Positions 1 to 10,482 are shown, counted from the stretch's first letter. The stretch: DNA of 64,000 bases from Candidatus Omnitrophota bacterium (GCA_963662715.1 OY759724.1:2074662-2138661); one strand, 5' to 3'. Numbers and translations: made by a program. Notes: generated by a model from the letters alone, not told the origin.

Positions 1-558
1 ATTTTGTTCGTGGGCCGCCTGGAAAAGGAAAAAAATTTATTCGCTCTGCTTGATGCCATACGGCAGACGCCCCTGACTCTTGATATTGTTGGGGAGGGGC
101 GGCTAAAAGATGAGTTGACAAGCTATATCAAAGTCAATAAGATAAAAGCCCGTTTGCTCGGCCGTATGGCTAATAGCCGATTGCCGGAGACATATAACCG
201 TTATCCGGTTTATATTCTGCCTTCCTTTTGCGAAGGCATGCCCAAAACCTTGCTGGAGGCCATGTCCTGCGGGATGGCTGTTATCGGCAGTGATATTGAA
301 GGAATCCATAATATTATCAAACATAAGGAGTCGGGATACTTATGCGATACAACGACGGAATCCATTAGGGACGCTGTCCGGGAAGTTATGGGGGACCCGT
401 CTTTAAGGCAAAGATGTGGCTCCCGGGCAAGGCGGTATATAGAAGAATATCATAGCCTTGACTCGATTGTCCGACAGGAGAAAAAAATTTACGGTTTTGA
501 TAATGAAAATAATAAAAAAGATTTTGTTAGCACTCTTCAGCAGGAAACTTGTTGCTAA
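1..558 (+). CDS. glycosyltransferase family 1 (GT4-type), C-terminal part; 5' end lies outside the window
   Basis: ORF 4..558 runs in frame from the window edge. C-terminal GT1 motifs present (EGMPKTLLEAMSCGMAVIGSDIEG...KESGYLC). Confidence 0.8.
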   Translation: MLFVGRLEKEKNLFALLDAIRQTPLTLDIVGEGRLKDELTSYIKVNKIKARLLGRMANSRLPETYNRYPVYILPSFCEGMPKTLLEAMSCGMAVIGSDIEGIHNIIKHKESGYLCDTTTESIRDAVREVMGDPSLRQRCGSRARRYIEEYHSLDSIVRQEKKIYGFDNENNKKDFVSTLQQETCC

Positions 559-1252
559 AATCATTGTCCGCAAAGCCCTGCAATGTCATACGCTGGCCTA
601 TAAATATGCCGGGCGTTTCAGCTGTTTTCTCGAACCTGGGGGCCTGCATCCGAAACACCGGCTTATGAATTATCATCAGTGGTTTATTGACCATATGAAT
701 AAAGACTGGACTGTCCTGGATGTCGGATGCGGGAACGGGGCCCTTTCGTATGACTTGGCATGTTCCTGTCGGCAGGTTATCGCCATCGATAAGAATCCCT
801 TGAATATAGAAAAGGCCAGGAGAAATTTTGCCTTGGGGAATATCGAATATATTTTAGGTGAAGTCCCTGCCTGTTTTGATGACAGAGTTTTTGACGCTGT
901 TGTCCTTTCTAATGTCCTGGAACATATTGCCGACCGGAAGGTCTTTTTGACTGAGATTATGAAAAAAACGAAAAGAATTCTCATACGCGTTCCCATGATC
1001 GATCGTGACTGGATTACCTTGTATAAAAAGGAATGGGGCTTGGAATGGCGTCTGGACCCTACCCATGAAATAGAGTATACCTCTGATCTGCTGGTTGCTG
1101 AACTCAGAGCGGCTGGCTTGGATGTTCAGACATGCGACAGAAGATTTGGAGAGTTGTATTGTCTGGCTGTCCCACTAAGTGAATCAAGAAAGGATCCATC
1201 AGATGAGCGTCTCCCCATTGCGGCGGGTTGCGGTGATTATTCCCTGTTTTAA
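503..1252 (+). CDS. class I SAM-dependent methyltransferase
   Basis: ORF 458..1252 has the glycine-rich SAM-binding motif VLDVGCGNGALS. ATG at 503 is the first in-frame ATG in the overlap with the upstream GT1 tail (alternative ATG at 665). Confidence 0.7.
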   Translation: MKIIKKILLALFSRKLVAKIIVRKALQCHTLAYKYAGRFSCFLEPGGLHPKHRLMNYHQWFIDHMNKDWTVLDVGCGNGALSYDLACSCRQVIAIDKNPLNIEKARRNFALGNIEYILGEVPACFDDRVFDAVVLSNVLEHIADRKVFLTEIMKKTKRILIRVPMIDRDWITLYKKEWGLEWRLDPTHEIEYTSDLLVAELRAAGLDVQTCDRRFGELYCLAVPLSESRKDPSDERLPIAAGCGDYSLF

Positions 1253-1892
1253 CGAAGAATTGACGATAGAAAACGTTATCTGCGATTTTAAGGATAAAAT
1301 CCCGGAAGCGGATATTTTTGTCGTTGATAATTGTTCTTCCGACCGGACGGGGCAGGTCGCGGAAGCGGCCGGGGCTAAAGTGTTGCACGAACAGGCCCCG
1401 GGGAAGGGCAGTGTGATGCAGATCGCTTTCAATAAGATTTCTGCCGATGTCTTTGTGACGGTAGACGGGGATGCCACTTACAGCGCCTCTGACGTTAAAA
1501 AAATTCTTGCGCCTGTTATCGAAGGCCGGGCGGATATGGTTGTGGGCAACAGGCTGAACAATAGAAATGCCGAAGTCTGGACCCGTCATCGCGTCTGGGG
1601 GAACAGATGTATCTGTCGTTTCTTCAATCTGTTGTACGGGACAAAGTTTTCCGATATCCTTTCGGGGTACCGGGCTTTGTCCGCCGAAGCTGTTGAAGTG
1701 TTGTCTTGCCAGAGCAAAGGTTTTGAGATTGAGACGGAAATAACCGCAAAAGCTGTCATTCACAAACTTCGTGTACAAGAAGAACCTATCCATTATTATC
1801 AAAGACCGGAAGGCAGCAGTTCGAAATTAAGTGCATTCCAGGACGGGCTGAAAATTGTCGGTACAATGATCAGGCTTTGGCTTGCGGCCTAA
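1203..1892 (+). CDS. glycosyltransferase family 2, polyprenol-phosphate sugar transferase type (DPM1/GtrB/ArnC-like)
   Basis: ORF 1179..1892. N-terminal GT2 signature VAVIIPCFNEE...VVDNCSSDRT...VDGD. In-frame ATG at 1203 overlaps the upstream methyltransferase end. Confidence 0.8.
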   Translation: MSVSPLRRVAVIIPCFNEELTIENVICDFKDKIPEADIFVVDNCSSDRTGQVAEAAGAKVLHEQAPGKGSVMQIAFNKISADVFVTVDGDATYSASDVKKILAPVIEGRADMVVGNRLNNRNAEVWTRHRVWGNRCICRFFNLLYGTKFSDILSGYRALSAEAVEVLSCQSKGFEIETEITAKAVIHKLRVQEEPIHYYQRPEGSSSKLSAFQDGLKIVGTMIRLWLAA

Positions 1893-1934
1893 AATTTCAT
1901 ATAAAATGCAGAAGGAAAATAAAGAGAAAAAAGA

Positions 1935-3521
1935 ATGAATAAAAGCGTGGGATGGCCAGATATCCTTGACTTTATAATTCTTGGTCTTCTCTGTTTATTC
2001 GGGGCCGGATATTCTTTATTAAACCGGACATTCGCACAGCTTCATCTTCAGCTGTCTTTTTTGCCTTTCCCTGTGTTTATCGGTGAAATCCTGTTTGCTG
2101 TATGTTTGATTCTGTTGCTCCTGAAAGAGCGCCTTCAGGGGTATCCTTTCCTGAAAAACAAACCCAGAAGTTTTGCGGCGGGGCTGATATTTTTTTTGCT
2201 TTTCATCGGGTTGAAAGCAGGAACAGGATATCTTGCGTATGGCCCTTTGGCTTTCCGGAATGCCGCTTTGTTTTATTATATTGTGTTTGTTTGGATTGCC
2301 GCTTCCGCTTATAACAGAAGATTTTTTCAGCCGGCTGTTATTTTTTCTTTGATTTTTTTCTTCACCACGTCTATCGTCATCCGCCCGCTTAATTGTTATA
2401 TGTATTTTATGTTCAGTTATATCCTTTTAAGTTTGCTTCTTATCATTCGTCTGCCGCAAAAAAGAATACGGTGGATGATTGTGTCTGTTTTATTTCTTTT
2501 CATCCCTTATCTGTATATCCTCGGCAGTTCCCGGGCTAATATTGTGGCGAGTATTGCCGGTATGTGTGTTTTTCTTCTGTTGTATTTGAGCAAAAGTATG
2601 GTGAAGGTCCGTTTCCTGAGGATTTTTGTGTCCATCCTTGTTTTCCTTTTCGCTGCGGCTTTTTTCGTAATGACTTTCAGCCGGACGGAAGAGATTCGCA
2701 GTCTTACCCGTATTAAGGGATTCCTGGCGCAGTATCGGGAAGCGAATCGGCTGATTCAGGAGAAGAAAGATGATTATGTGATGAGGGATGTCCCCGTACA
2801 GTTGTATTCACATAATAAAACAATTGATTTCATGACAAGCGACAGCCGGATCATCGAAACAGACACTGTCAAAATGGTGAATAAAGTTAAACAGAATATG
2901 AAACAGCATTCTATAAGCATGTCGGTCCGGCTGGCCGCGGGGCCTGACGCTCAAGATGATGCACAGATTTTGGATTCGGAAACATACGACAAGTCCCGAA
3001 ATTTAAAAGACACGGCCGGTTCGCAGGCAGAGGCCGGGAAGGGCGATACCGCTGCGACAGCAAAAGCCTCTTTGACCAATGAACCCACGAATAATATATT
3101 GTGGCGCATTCTTGTTTGGAAAGACATGTTGCAGGAAGTCTGGGCTGTGAATCCCGTTTGGGGTGTACCTTTCGGGAAACCTTTCCGTTCTTGCAGTATT
3201 GAAATCCTGGGCTGGAACAAAATGGAAGTTGACGGCGTGGGGTGGCTGGAGCCGCATAATTCTTATGTGCATATTATTTACCGTGCGGGGGCGCTTGGGG
3301 TTTGCCTGATAGGTCTTATCCTGTTTTTGGTCGTACGCCTGGCGATATTTTTTGTCCGGAAAGGACGAACAACCGGGATTCTGCTTGTTTCGATCCTGGC
3401 ATACTGGCTGGTTGTGGCGAATTTCCTGGTGACTTATGAGCTCCCTTTTTTCGCTATCCCTTTCTGGAGTCTTATGGGCTTGACCGTCGGGTATTATCGG
3501 GATATTCAGGCTCATGCATAG
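1935..3521 (+). CDS. O-antigen ligase / Wzy-like polytopic membrane protein (paralog 1)
   Basis: More than 10 predicted TM helices. Wzy_C-type motif near the C-terminus (WLEPHNSYVHIIYRAGALGVCL). A roughly 150-aa hydrophilic low-complexity loop lies between TM blocks. Confidence 0.7.
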   Translation: MNKSVGWPDILDFIILGLLCLFGAGYSLLNRTFAQLHLQLSFLPFPVFIGEILFAVCLILLLLKERLQGYPFLKNKPRSFAAGLIFFLLFIGLKAGTGYLAYGPLAFRNAALFYYIVFVWIAASAYNRRFFQPAVIFSLIFFFTTSIVIRPLNCYMYFMFSYILLSLLLIIRLPQKRIRWMIVSVLFLFIPYLYILGSSRANIVASIAGMCVFLLLYLSKSMVKVRFLRIFVSILVFLFAAAFFVMTFSRTEEIRSLTRIKGFLAQYREANRLIQEKKDDYVMRDVPVQLYSHNKTIDFMTSDSRIIETDTVKMVNKVKQNMKQHSISMSVRLAAGPDAQDDAQILDSETYDKSRNLKDTAGSQAEAGKGDTAATAKASLTNEPTNNILWRILVWKDMLQEVWAVNPVWGVPFGKPFRSCSIEILGWNKMEVDGVGWLEPHNSYVHIIYRAGALGVCLIGLILFLVVRLAIFFVRKGRTTGILLVSILAYWLVVANFLVTYELPFFAIPFWSLMGLTVGYYRDIQAHA

Positions 3522-3698
3522 TTCTTGAAACTCTGAATCCAGCCGGAATTTCTGTCGGCCGGCGGCGGATCTGAATTTTTCCGGAATCCCGAAGGCGGGT
3601 TTGCTGATGGCAGCACGAAAGACATCCGGTGTTTCATGCTTGTAAAATTTTAAGAATAATGTAATATACTTACTTAAATTGTTTTTACGAAGGAGAAA

Positions 3699-4739
3699 AT
3701 GTCCGTGAAGAAGGCTTTAATAACCGGGGTGACAGGACAGGACGGGAGTTATCTGGCTGAACTTTTGCTCGACCAGGGCTATGAGGTCTATGGCCTCGTG
3801 CGACAAGAAGCTTTGGAAGATCCTAATCACAGGATGGAGAGATTTTTACATATCAGGGACAAGCTGAAATTGTCCGCCGCGTCTTTGGAAAGTTTTCCCA
3901 GCATTTTTAAGATCATTCAGGACGTCAAACCGGATGAGATTTATCATTTGGCCGCGCAGAGTTTCGTTTCTTATAGTTTTGATGACAAATTTTCCCCGCT
4001 GTTGACCAATATCAGCGGAACACATTATGCGCTTTCTTCCTGCAAATCCATGCCCGTTCCGGCCAAGTTTTATTTCGCCGGTTCGAGTGAAATGTTCGGG
4101 AAAGTGGATGCAGAACCCCAAAATGAATCAACGCCTTTTCATCCCCGGTCTCCTTACGGAATTTCCAAGGTGGCGGGTTTCCATTTGACCCGCAACTACC
4201 GTGAGTCTTACGAAATGTTTGCGTGTAACGGCATCTTATTCAATCATGAGTCTCCGCGCAGAGGATTTGAATTTGTCACCCGTAAAATCACATCCGGCGT
4301 GGCTAAAATTAAGTTCGGGCTGGCAGACAGGATCAGTTTAGGCAACCTGAACGCAAAACGCGACTGGGGATTTGCCGGGGATTATGTTAAAGCCATGTGG
4401 CTCATGTTGCAGCAGGAGAAGCCGGATGATTATGTTATTGCTACCGGTCATGCGCATACGGTGCGCGAATTTGTTGAGCTTTCGTTCAAGACGGTTGATA
4501 TGGAGATCCTTTGGGAAGGGAAGGGCATACACGAAAAAGGCATTGATGAGAAAAGCGGACGCGTTTTAGTTGATGTGAACAAAGAATTCTTCCGGCCCGA
4601 CCAAGTCCATGTCCTGAGAGGGGATTATACAAAAGCAAAAAGAATTTTAAACTGGGAACCAACCATTCAGTTCCATGATCTTGTCCCGATGATGGTCGAG
4701 GCGGATTGCCGTTTGTTCTCCCAGGACAAGATGCGATAA
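3699..4739 (+). CDS. gmd: GDP-mannose 4,6-dehydratase (divergent paralog)
   Basis: N-terminal Rossmann motif ITGVTGQDGSYLAELLL. Conserved Gmd blocks [49 protein letters not shown] ribosome-binding site before the ATG at 3699. Confidence 0.9.
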   Translation: MSVKKALITGVTGQDGSYLAELLLDQGYEVYGLVRQEALEDPNHRMERFLHIRDKLKLSAASLESFPSIFKIIQDVKPDEIYHLAAQSFVSYSFDDKFSPLLTNISGTHYALSSCKSMPVPAKFYFAGSSEMFGKVDAEPQNESTPFHPRSPYGISKVAGFHLTRNYRESYEMFACNGILFNHESPRRGFEFVTRKITSGVAKIKFGLADRISLGNLNAKRDWGFAGDYVKAMWLMLQQEKPDDYVIATGHAHTVREFVELSFKTVDMEILWEGKGIHEKGIDEKSGRVLVDVNKEFFRPDQVHVLRGDYTKAKRILNWEPTIQFHDLVPMMVEADCRLFSQDKMR

Positions 4740-4947
4740 AGGTGCGCAAATCATAACATTCGTCCTTAGAGTTGTTGGGTGACACGGCCGTAGCTACTGT
4801 TCTGTCAGCCCCGCCGCTGTGTTTAATGTGATTTTTTTGCTTCTAAGATACCCCTGCCGCTGGCCGTGGTTTTCCCGGGCAGACCGGGGTGAAAACATTA
4901 AACTCGTATCCACGAAGGAATGAAGCCTCATCCGTTGACCCCGTAGG

Positions 4948-7401
4948 TTGCCATGGGGAAGGCAGAAGGGTTTATTTATTTTCTCCATGCAGAATAATAC
5001 ATGTCAAAAAAAGACGCGAAAGCAGAAAGGGCTGGCCGTTTTCTGTTTGGCTCTGGCGCTGTTCGTTTTGTTCGCTCCCGTGTTGACCGGGAAAAAAATT
5101 TTATTCCCATCCGACCTGCTGCACACGATGATCTCCCCTTATGCTGAGGGACGGTCTGTTCATGTTTACAATCATTTTTTGAATGACATTGTCGTTCAGT
5201 ATTTCCCGTACAAAAAATTAACTCAAACAGCCCTGCTGCAAGGGCGATGGGCTTACTGGAATCCTCTCATCCTCGGCGGGTATCCGCAATATGCTTTAAC
5301 GATGGCGGGAAATTTTGACGTGACGAACCTTCTGCTGGTTTTTATCCCTGACCCGCTTCAGGCCTATTTCGTTCAGATTCTTGCTCTGCTGTTCATCGCC
5401 GGCATCTCCATGTTCGCCTTGCTTCAATATTACCAGCTGCCTGTAAATGCCAGCCTGCTTGGTGCCGTCTGTTACATGCTGAACAGCATGTTTATTTGCA
5501 CGATCTTTTTCCCCTGGATTATGGGGGCGTTCTGCTGGATGCCGGCGGCGGTTTTATTCCTGGATAAAAGCCTGAGGGATAGGTTATTGCGGGACCAGGC
5601 GCTTTGCGCTTTATTGACAGGCTGTGCCATGATGGCCGCTTCTGTTCAGACGATGAGTTTTATTTTTTTCCTGACGTTTGTGTTTTCTGTTATGTACGGG
5701 TATGTCTTCGCCCGGACTTTCAGAGATGTCGCAACACTGGCTAAGATTTATTTGACGATACATGTCTGGGCCATAGGCCTGACAGCGGTCATGTTGTTGC
5801 CTACATTAGAACTTTTCTATTTTGACGCTATCCAAGGCGGACAATGGGGCAACGTAGGGCAGGGGGCCATCCCCTTTGTCAAGAGGCTGTGGGGAGTCGC
5901 CGGCGTGATTTCCTTTGCTTTCCCGCAATTGGCCGGGAGTGTCAGGGCCTTTGATCTAACAAAATTAGCATCCTCAACGATGATGTTTTATAACGGTTTT
6001 ATCGGCTTTCTTCCGCTGCTTTTCGGATTGTTAAGTGTCCGGAATATCAAGAAAGACAAAAGAATCATCATTTATATGACCATCACGTTGTTCGGCTTGC
6101 TTGTGCCGCTTGCTTCGCCGTTCTTAAAATATGTTTATCACCGTTTTTTTATTATTTATATTTTCGGCATGTCTGTCCTCTCAGCCTTTGGGCTGACATA
6201 TTATTTGCAATGGCAGGATAAGGATAAGATGGCTTCTTTTTTAAGAAAGGTCACAGCCCTTTTTGTGCTGGTGGTGCTTGTTCTGCTGGCCGGTCATGTG
6301 TTCATTCAGCTTTTTTATGATGACGTTCTTAAGCACGGCCGGAAATTTGTCGAGGCTCATCTGCACATGGCTAACTTGCTTGCCGGCAATCGGGGCTGGT
6401 ATTTGGGGCGCGTGGAGAAACTCTTGCAGCATTTCAACTTTTTTGCTCCGGCCATTTTCATCCCTGTCGCCACCATGGCCTTGGGCCTGGGAGCGCTTTG
6501 GGCCCACAGGGCCAACCGGCTGAAATCATCATTCACAGGCCTCATTTTATTTATCACAGTTTTTCAGCTTTTGTTCTTTGCCTGGAGCTGGCTGCCCATG
6601 GTCAGCCCTCAGGAATACCCTTTATATCCTGAGACGCAGTCGGTTAATTTTTTAAAAAAAGATCAAGATTTATACCGGGTTTTGATTTATAACAATAATA
6701 CGAATAGGAAGCCTGTTTATTCTCCGAATATTCTTTCTGTCTACGGCATCGAAACGATCAACGGTTATGAAAGCGTTGAGCCTAAAACGATAAGATATTT
6801 GATTCAGGGTATGGACCCTGCGGTTTTAGGCTTGTGCAACGTCAAATATATTATCACGCATGATGATCCTCCTTTACGGAGTCCTCATTTGCATTTAACA
6901 TGGGAGGGGGAAGGCCTGCATATATATGAGAATGAACTGTTCGTCCCGCGGGCTTTTTTCCGGTGTCAGCATGAAGTCAGATCCGAGACAGATATCCTTC
7001 AGGGCATTCGGACAGGCCGGTTGGATACCAGCCGGAAAGTCTTTTTCAGTGAAGGGTTGGGCGGGCAGGCCGGGGGGCAGCAAGGGGAGAATTTGCGAAA
7101 GCCTTTGATAAAATTAAGGCAATATTCCCCGGAAGAAGTTTTATATGAGGTCGAGACACAGGTGCCGGGCTATTTCGTGCTCAGTCAATCCTGGTATCCG
7201 GGGTGGACCTGTTATCTCGACGGCCGGCAGGAAGAAGTCAGAAAAGCGAATTATTGTATGCTGGCTGTCCGCGTCCCGGCCGGGAAACATAAAGTCCGGT
7301 TTGTATTCCGTCCGCGTATTTTTTATATAGGCCTTGCTGTAAGCTCGATATTTTTTCTGTTGATTCTTATTTCATTAAGGAAGAAAAGACATGCCTCTTA
7401 A
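4948..7401 (+). CDS. YfhO-family membrane protein (GT-C fold, probable glycosyltransferase/glycan-modifying enzyme)
   Basis: 817-aa polytopic membrane protein with YfhO-like blocks NDIVVQYFPYKK and GRWAYWNPLILGGYPQYA. Start is uncertain (ATG at 4948 or 4987). Confidence 0.6.
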   Translation: MPWGRQKGLFIFSMQNNTCQKKTRKQKGLAVFCLALALFVLFAPVLTGKKILFPSDLLHTMISPYAEGRSVHVYNHFLNDIVVQYFPYKKLTQTALLQGRWAYWNPLILGGYPQYALTMAGNFDVTNLLLVFIPDPLQAYFVQILALLFIAGISMFALLQYYQLPVNASLLGAVCYMLNSMFICTIFFPWIMGAFCWMPAAVLFLDKSLRDRLLRDQALCALLTGCAMMAASVQTMSFIFFLTFVFSVMYGYVFARTFRDVATLAKIYLTIHVWAIGLTAVMLLPTLELFYFDAIQGGQWGNVGQGAIPFVKRLWGVAGVISFAFPQLAGSVRAFDLTKLASSTMMFYNGFIGFLPLLFGLLSVRNIKKDKRIIIYMTITLFGLLVPLASPFLKYVYHRFFIIYIFGMSVLSAFGLTYYLQWQDKDKMASFLRKVTALFVLVVLVLLAGHVFIQLFYDDVLKHGRKFVEAHLHMANLLAGNRGWYLGRVEKLLQHFNFFAPAIFIPVATMALGLGALWAHRANRLKSSFTGLILFITVFQLLFFAWSWLPMVSPQEYPLYPETQSVNFLKKDQDLYRVLIYNNNTNRKPVYSPNILSVYGIETINGYESVEPKTIRYLIQGMDPAVLGLCNVKYIITHDDPPLRSPHLHLTWEGEGLHIYENELFVPRAFFRCQHEVRSETDILQGIRTGRLDTSRKVFFSEGLGGQAGGQQGENLRKPLIKLRQYSPEEVLYEVETQVPGYFVLSQSWYPGWTCYLDGRQEEVRKANYCMLAVRVPAGKHKVRFVFRPRIFYIGLAVSSIFFLLILISLRKKRHAS

Positions 7402-9322
7402 AGAATTGCCATTCGTCAGTATTCTGATGGCCACCAAAGATGAAAATCCGCAGTATTTGAAAGAAGCGGTCGATAGCATCTGCCGACAAAGCTATACAAA
7501 CTGGGAGTTTCTTATCTTGGATGACGGGTCTTCGACCCAGGATAATTATGATTGGCTTGTGCACAGATCGGAAGAAGACAAGAGAATTCATGTTTTCCGT
7601 GGCCCGGGCGTGGGGCTGGCCCGGGCGCTTAATTTTCTTATTCCCAAGGCGCAGGGAGAGTTTTTTGCCAGGATGGACAGTGACGACAGGGCTTATCCCG
7701 AAAGGATTATGAAGGAAGTTGAATATTTGATGCGGTATCCCAACACGGTCTTGGTGGGATCCTGGATCAGAATCATTGACGGGACCGGAGAACCGATTCA
7801 TCAGTCATGCCCTGCCGATTATTTCAGGCCTCCCTGGTCCAGGGCCGCGCATTCCGGCTGGTGCGGCCGGTTGGATGCTTTGAAGGCTATCGGCGGATAT
7901 TCTCCGGATTTCCCGGTGAGCCAGGATTATGACTGCTGGCTCCGTTTGCAGCGGCAGGGACGGGTGGGGGTGGTTGAGGAAATCCTTTTGGATTATCGGT
8001 GGGGCCGGATTAGCTCCGAACGCTCGGTTGAGCAGTTACAGTATTTCTGGATTGCGAATCAGATACACCGGGATAACTCAGGGATTCCCAAGGTCAGTGT
8101 CTCTTCGGTTAAGGCCAGGTTAAAGAAATATGATTTTTGGTACGGCAGGATGTTTCAATCCCAGTCTATCAGCCAGCAGGCTATGCGGCTTTGGCAACAA
8201 GGGGATTACCGCCAGTCTTTCAAGGAATTCCTGGCGTCTTTGAGAGTATTCCCTTTCAGCCTCCGGACATGGCTTTGTTCATTCCTCGTTTTGATATTTC
8301 ATAAATATCCTGCCCATATGACGCAATTTTTAAAATTGCGGGTGCTTTTGCCTCGCATACTGTATTTGAATCCCAAGCCGCCGTCTGCGGCTGTCTGTCT
8401 GCATTTTTCTGAGAATGGGGGCCGGGGTGGTTATCGTCTGGCTCTCGTTATTCCTACGGCCGACCGCCGGCAGGTGCTTCATCGATTTTTAAAAAGCGTT
8501 GAACCGCAAAAAAACTGCGTCTCCCAGATTATTATTGTTGACGGGGGCAGGAAACCGGTGGAGGACCTTGTCCGGGAATTTTCCCAGTTGCCCATTGATT
8601 ATGTCCGGGCCCCTTACCCGTGTCTGACCAGGCAGAAAAATCAGGGGATTGAGCATCTCCGTCCGGACATCGATCTTGTATGTTTTTTTGATGATGATAT
8701 TATCCTGGAAGAAAATGCCTTGGATAACATGATCCGTTTCTGGAAGAGCAGCGGGCAGGAGGTCGGCGGCGCGGCGTTTAACATTATCAATGTGGTCAAA
8801 AGGAAAACCTCTTTCATGAAGCGGATTTTTTTGACAGGAAGTGAAGCCAAGGGCCGGATTATGCGTTCCGGTTACGGGGCGATGCTTTCCCCCGTGGATG
8901 ACAGTATCTTTACAGACTGGATTTTCGGCGGAGCCACTGTCTGGCGGCGGGATATTTTTTCGACATATAAATTCGACGAGTGGTTTGAAGGCTACGGTTA
9001 TGGGGAGGACCTGGATTTCAGTTACAACGTGGGTAAAAAATATAAACTAGCGGTCATCTCCGAAGCCCGTGTGCAGCATATCAAAGACAATACAGAAGGT
9101 ATTGATTATGTCCTTTTTGGGAAAATGCAGGTTGTTAACCGGTATTATATTGTCAGAAAGTTTAAGGAATTTTCCACGCTGCTGTTTTTGTGGTCGTCCA
9201 GCGGACAGATGTTGGAAAATTTATATATGTTTCTGTTCAGAAGAAACAAAACCTACTTCTCCAGGCTTTTAGGCAATCTGTCCGGATTATGGCATATTAT
9301 CGTTCAGCCTCCCCGCGTATGA
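7391..9322 (+). CDS. two-domain (tandem GT2) glycosyltransferase
   Basis: N-terminal GT2 domain (VSILMATKDE...LILDDGSS...MDSDD) and second GT2 domain (LALVIPTADRR...IIIVDGG...FFDDDI). AAGGAAG ribosome-binding site upstream. Overlaps the upstream gene by 11 nt. Confidence 0.8.
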   Translation: MPLKELPFVSILMATKDENPQYLKEAVDSICRQSYTNWEFLILDDGSSTQDNYDWLVHRSEEDKRIHVFRGPGVGLARALNFLIPKAQGEFFARMDSDDRAYPERIMKEVEYLMRYPNTVLVGSWIRIIDGTGEPIHQSCPADYFRPPWSRAAHSGWCGRLDALKAIGGYSPDFPVSQDYDCWLRLQRQGRVGVVEEILLDYRWGRISSERSVEQLQYFWIANQIHRDNSGIPKVSVSSVKARLKKYDFWYGRMFQSQSISQQAMRLWQQGDYRQSFKEFLASLRVFPFSLRTWLCSFLVLIFHKYPAHMTQFLKLRVLLPRILYLNPKPPSAAVCLHFSENGGRGGYRLALVIPTADRRQVLHRFLKSVEPQKNCVSQIIIVDGGRKPVEDLVREFSQLPIDYVRAPYPCLTRQKNQGIEHLRPDIDLVCFFDDDIILEENALDNMIRFWKSSGQEVGGAAFNIINVVKRKTSFMKRIFLTGSEAKGRIMRSGYGAMLSPVDDSIFTDWIFGGATVWRRDIFSTYKFDEWFEGYGYGEDLDFSYNVGKKYKLAVISEARVQHIKDNTEGIDYVLFGKMQVVNRYYIVRKFKEFSTLLFLWSSSGQMLENLYMFLFRRNKTYFSRLLGNLSGLWHIIVQPPRV

Positions 9323-9348
9323 ACACCGGGCTATTTATGAGATGATGT

Positions 9349-10473
9349 ATGAGTCGAGTTATCCTGTGTTTGCTACATCTTCCTCCACCGCACATCGGGC
9401 CGTCAGTCATCAATGAATCGGTCATCCAGAGCCTTTCTTTGAACCCGGAATTCGAATGTGATGTTTTCCCGATCAATACGTCGAATCATATACAGCAGAT
9501 CAACCGGTTTTCATTAAAGAAAGTTTCTGTCCTTTTCACAATGAGCTTTAAGCTGATCAGGAGGTTGCTGAACAGAAAGTATCATTTGGTTTATATGTCC
9601 CTGACGCCTACGGGAATCGGATTCTTAAAAGATTTTATCCTGGTGATGATCTTGAAAATGCGGGGTGTTTGCCGGCTTTACCATCTGCATGGCAAAGGGG
9701 TTCATGAGAAACAGAACGTATTCATGACATGGCTTTACCGCCTGTGTTTTAAAGGAAGTCATGTCATTCTGCTGTCGGAAAGCCTTTATCCGGATATCAA
9801 GTGTTATGTTCCTCGTGAGCAGGTTTCGGTCATCCCTAACGGCGTCCCCGAGGATATTGATGCGAAAGCCTGGGAGAAAATAAGAGAGCGGCGGAGACAG
9901 CCTCATGTCTTTCATGTCCTTTTTTTAGCGAACCTGGTGAGAAGCAAGGGGATCTTCACGGCGTTGGAAGCGGTGCGTCAACTGCAGCAGAAGGAGCTGA
10001 AGTTCCAATTTTCTGTTGTCGGTGCGGATTTTGATGTCACACAGGCCGAACTGGTCGAATGGGTGGAGCAAAATGACCTGCAGGAAACGGTTTTTGTTTT
10101 AGGATACAGAAGCGGGGCGCAAAAACGGGAGATATTTGAAAGAGCGGATATTTTTATTTATCCGACACAAAAGGATACTTTTCCTCTGGTCCTTTTGGAA
10201 GCTATGCAGTACGGTTTGCCGGTCGTTTCGACTTTTGAGGGGGCTATCCCTGATATTGTTGACGCCAATCAGACCGGGTTCTTGGTCGCTCCCGGATCAG
10301 CAACGGATCTGGCGGAGAAGATTGAATTTTTAATGAAGGATACGGAATGGCGGAGCAACATGGGGGAACAGGCACGCGCCAAATTCGTCCGGGAGTATAC
10401 ATTTTTTATCTTTGAACATCGGCTGAGCGCTGTTTTTAAAAAGGTGTCTGATGATCGTGCAGCGCTATCTTAA
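9349..10473 (+). CDS. glycosyltransferase family 1 (GT4)
   Basis: C-terminal GT1 signature YPTQKDTFPLVLLEAMQYGLPVVSTFEGAIPDIV...GFLV. Confidence 0.85.
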   Translation: MSRVILCLLHLPPPHIGPSVINESVIQSLSLNPEFECDVFPINTSNHIQQINRFSLKKVSVLFTMSFKLIRRLLNRKYHLVYMSLTPTGIGFLKDFILVMILKMRGVCRLYHLHGKGVHEKQNVFMTWLYRLCFKGSHVILLSESLYPDIKCYVPREQVSVIPNGVPEDIDAKAWEKIRERRRQPHVFHVLFLANLVRSKGIFTALEAVRQLQQKELKFQFSVVGADFDVTQAELVEWVEQNDLQETVFVLGYRSGAQKREIFERADIFIYPTQKDTFPLVLLEAMQYGLPVVSTFEGAIPDIVDANQTGFLVAPGSATDLAEKIEFLMKDTEWRSNMGEQARAKFVREYTFFIFEHRLSAVFKKVSDDRAALS

Positions 10474-10482
10474 GGAGATCTC

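Noticed and set aside
1104-1802. 232-aa minus-strand ORF, and similar long antisense ORFs at 3003..3515, 12595..13452, 13966..14418, 45997..46689 and 59306..60043
   Set aside because: Each is fully embedded antisense to a plus-strand gene with clear family signatures. They are shadow ORFs typical of GC-moderate coding sequence, with no ribosome-binding site or domain support.
4740-4947. GC-rich inverted repeats in the 200-nt leader upstream of the YfhO-like gene (possible riboswitch or sRNA)
   Set aside because: Only short (4 to 5 bp) imperfect stems could be paired by hand. No resemblance to SRP, 6S, tmRNA or common riboswitch cores.
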